Positions 61,501 to 64,000 of a stretch of DNA of 64,000 nucleotides are shown here, piece by piece; the first letter of the stretch is position 1, and each line of letters begins with the position of its first letter. A program made the translations under genes and the position numbers. The stretch is taken from assembly GCA_973895155.1 (NCBI GenBank), contig OZ316898.1, positions 18,921,292-18,985,291 on the forward strand, read 5' to 3'. The notes beneath the pieces were generated by a model. That model saw only the letters and a list, made by a program, of their open reading frames with translations, did no database searches and was not told where the DNA came from. Source of the DNA: Marsupella aquatica (Eukaryota; Plantae; Marchantiophyta).

Positions 61501-62276
61501 ACTATAACTCACAATTGCAGACTACCGTTCAACTTTGGGGGAAATTTCTTTGGCAGTAAAAAATTTAGATACTGTTTGATTTGGTACACAAAATGATCAT
61601 TAGTTATCAGCCTTGCCGTCACAATTCTTGTGAATCTCAACCGAGTAACTGAGATGGGGCATTTGCATCTCCATGAATCTCAACTAGCCAGTTGAGATTG
61701 GCTCAATCTTGGCTAACCTCCCCAAGAAACGAGTATCAGAACAATTAGTTCGAGGACCCCTTGGTTATGTAAATTTCATGTTATTCAAAAACTAAGTTAG
61801 AACACATGAAGAGTTGCATATTGGAATATGTTTGAATATAGCAATGAGAGTAAAAAAGGAGTAGATTATTCATGGAAGAAGTGCATAAACAACTTTCCCT
61901 TGGTGCTCCCTATGTCCATAGAGTCCATAGCTATAGAAGCCAAGGGTTTCTTAATTACATTCCTTTGATATTCCTTTATCGATAGTAGTCAAAGAGTTTC
62001 TTATGTTCTCTTGGTGTTCCTTTTTTAATAGTAAAAATGGTTTCTTAAATGTTATAGTAATTGAAGAGTTTCTTTCTACCCATGGTTATTCCAAAAATTG
62101 CTAATTAAATAGAAAAATCATACAATCTATTGGAAAACACTGATATATCAATCACAACCCATCCAAAGATTATTTTCTTTTACACCCTTTCACCCCTTTC
62201 TTTATTTATTTGAAATGTTATTTTTCAGTTTTCAATTGTTTTTACATTTACAAGGTCCAACTGTTTTTCTTTGACT

Positions 62277-63730
62277 TGTTTCAAACCAAGAAAAGACTTA
62301 ACAAGACCCCTTTGGCATCTCCTGAAGGTAACAGTCCAGCAAGATGCCATGAAGACTTAACAAGACCCCTCTGACTGTCCACCGTCGCCAAGTTCTTGTT
62401 GGAGTGCACACAGTAAGTCACACACTTATTGTTGAGTGTGTGTTTCACACTTGGTAAGAGCAGTATGTTTTAGCAAAGACTTTAGCAGGAGAGTTTAGGG
62501 AGGGAGTCTTGAAGAGGCTGGGAGAGCCCAAAGTTCAACGCGGGAGGAAGTCAAAACTTTACTTTTTTGAATGAAAAACATTGGCAATCGATAGCTCCAG
62601 TCTATTGAAGGAGGAAAACAGTGCCCCAAACCTCTATGGTCTTTGTTGGATCGTGGACATTGTTGGATCATGGACGCTACGCTTCATCGGATTGTGTTGG
62701 ATGACTAAAATGCTGGCGACCTCCAAGGTACCACTACCTTATGGAATCATGATTTTGTTTTGAGATTTAAGGGTGCCTCCTCTATTCTGAAATCCAAAAG
62801 AGTGGAAGCTGATTGCCTAGCTCTAAGGTACATTATAAGTTATTGAGATTCAATCGTCCACTTAGAAGTGTGGAAAATTTGGAGTTAACAGGCCAGGAAG
62901 GGCTGTCATTCTTGTGAGGCGGCAGGCAAGCTTTGCCGTCGAATGTGAATCGCCAAAATTGAATACCAGGGGGCACCTAGCAGGGTCGCCCTTTGTATTT
63001 TATGGCGCCTTGAGTAATTGGTCAAAATTAAGAAGAAAATCAATGTAGCTTTCCCTCTGCTGGTCTGCCATCACCAACAATTGACATAATAGGTCAAAAT
63101 TTCAGTCAACATAATATACCCTATGTGCGATCATCTTCAATTCATGAGCAATAATTTCATGCCCCAAAAGTGCTAGCTGATATTTGATTTGAGACTGAAT
63201 GAGTGAGCCAGAATCAAGATTTCATTGGCACCTGCCAATGCTTTTGTTGAGAGGAATTTTGCTTTTGAGACTAGTTACTTTCCAGCTCAATGGAGATTTA
63301 GAAACTAGACGAGGACAATGGTCTTCCAAGACCGGTTTCAATCTACATTTCTTATCATGGCTTGTTTAGATTGGATCATGTCATCCCTGTGCATTGGTTA
63401 TGTTGAAACTCCCTTTCCTGGCTCCCTTCCCCAACATTTGCTGTTCTACTGTTTGAAACTGACCTCGCCACTTGCTGTTCATGCTTGCCCAAAAAGCTTC
63501 TTCAAGAGCCTCGGCTAAATCACCTCTACTCTGGTCCCAAGTCGACTAAATTGTGTACTGATGTGCTGTTCTTGTATGACAATGACTCATGCTCTGATAA
63601 CCACTCCATCAGAACCTGACAACGGTGTGCAGTCACAAGGATCTGGTTAAGTCTTGATGGCATTTTGTTGGACAGTTAGGTCCAAGAGATGCCAATGGGG
63701 TCTTGTTAAGTCTTTTCTTGGTTTCAAACA
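62277..63730. mobile_element. Putative non-autonomous TIR element (~1.45 kb, ~90 bp imperfect TIRs, TGT...ACA ends)
   Basis: tgtttcaaaccaagaaaagacttaacaagacccc.ttggcatct...gccat.aagacttaac (62277-62365) is inverted at 63645-63730. No transposase ORF and no clear TSD. Confidence 0.65.
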
Positions 63731-64000
63731 CACATAGTCTTGTTTGGTGCTTTTTGCATAACTAACTGTTCTTGTTTGTGACCAATAGTATTGATGTGGC
63801 TGCACGTGTTTCCAAGGATTTTGGAAGGAACTTCTCACGGGGGTCCTTAACAAACATGCAAAAAAACATTGAAAATTTTGCAAAAACAACTAGGGCAAAA
63901 TCACATGTCCGTACCATACGGACACAGCCCATCTCAACTGGCCTCACCGACATGGGGTGTTCGTACGGTACAGACGCCCCGTAGTGAAAAAATTGGGAAA

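Noticed and set aside
61676-61699. 10-bp perfect hairpin aatctcaact-agcc-agttgagatt
   Set aside because: Too short to assign a function; probably a subterminal motif of a decayed repeat.

Overview
Eukaryotic, intron-rich land-plant DNA (bryophyte-like by gene style; taxon is an inference) with low gene density and many short repeats. Host genes: an isolated last exon of a YUCCA-type flavin monooxygenase (7399-7581, +), a 9-exon MED26/TFIIS-N gene (23907-27187, +), a 12-exon phytepsin aspartic protease with plant-specific insert (47657-43918, -) and a DRH1/RH14-clade DEAD-box helicase (60277-55866, -). The main feature is a ~10.1 kb decayed Ty3/Gypsy-type retrotransposon on the minus strand (30222-40303). 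Its polyprotein runs Gag(2xCCHC)-protease-C5 DNA methyltransferase-RT-RNase H-DDE integrase-PHD finger. Its terminal repeats are split (A-internal-B-5 bp-A-B) instead of two LTRs. The TG/CA ends sit inside the reconstructed LTR, a G7 PPT abuts B, and a 14-bp self-complementary site replaces a tRNA PBS. Together these suggest a self-priming, methyltransferase-carrying element that integrates from a circular intermediate. The phytepsin gene also carries a tandemly duplicated, apparently mutually exclusive exon in its saposin-like insert. All coordinates, counts and splice calls were read by eye and need computational confirmation.
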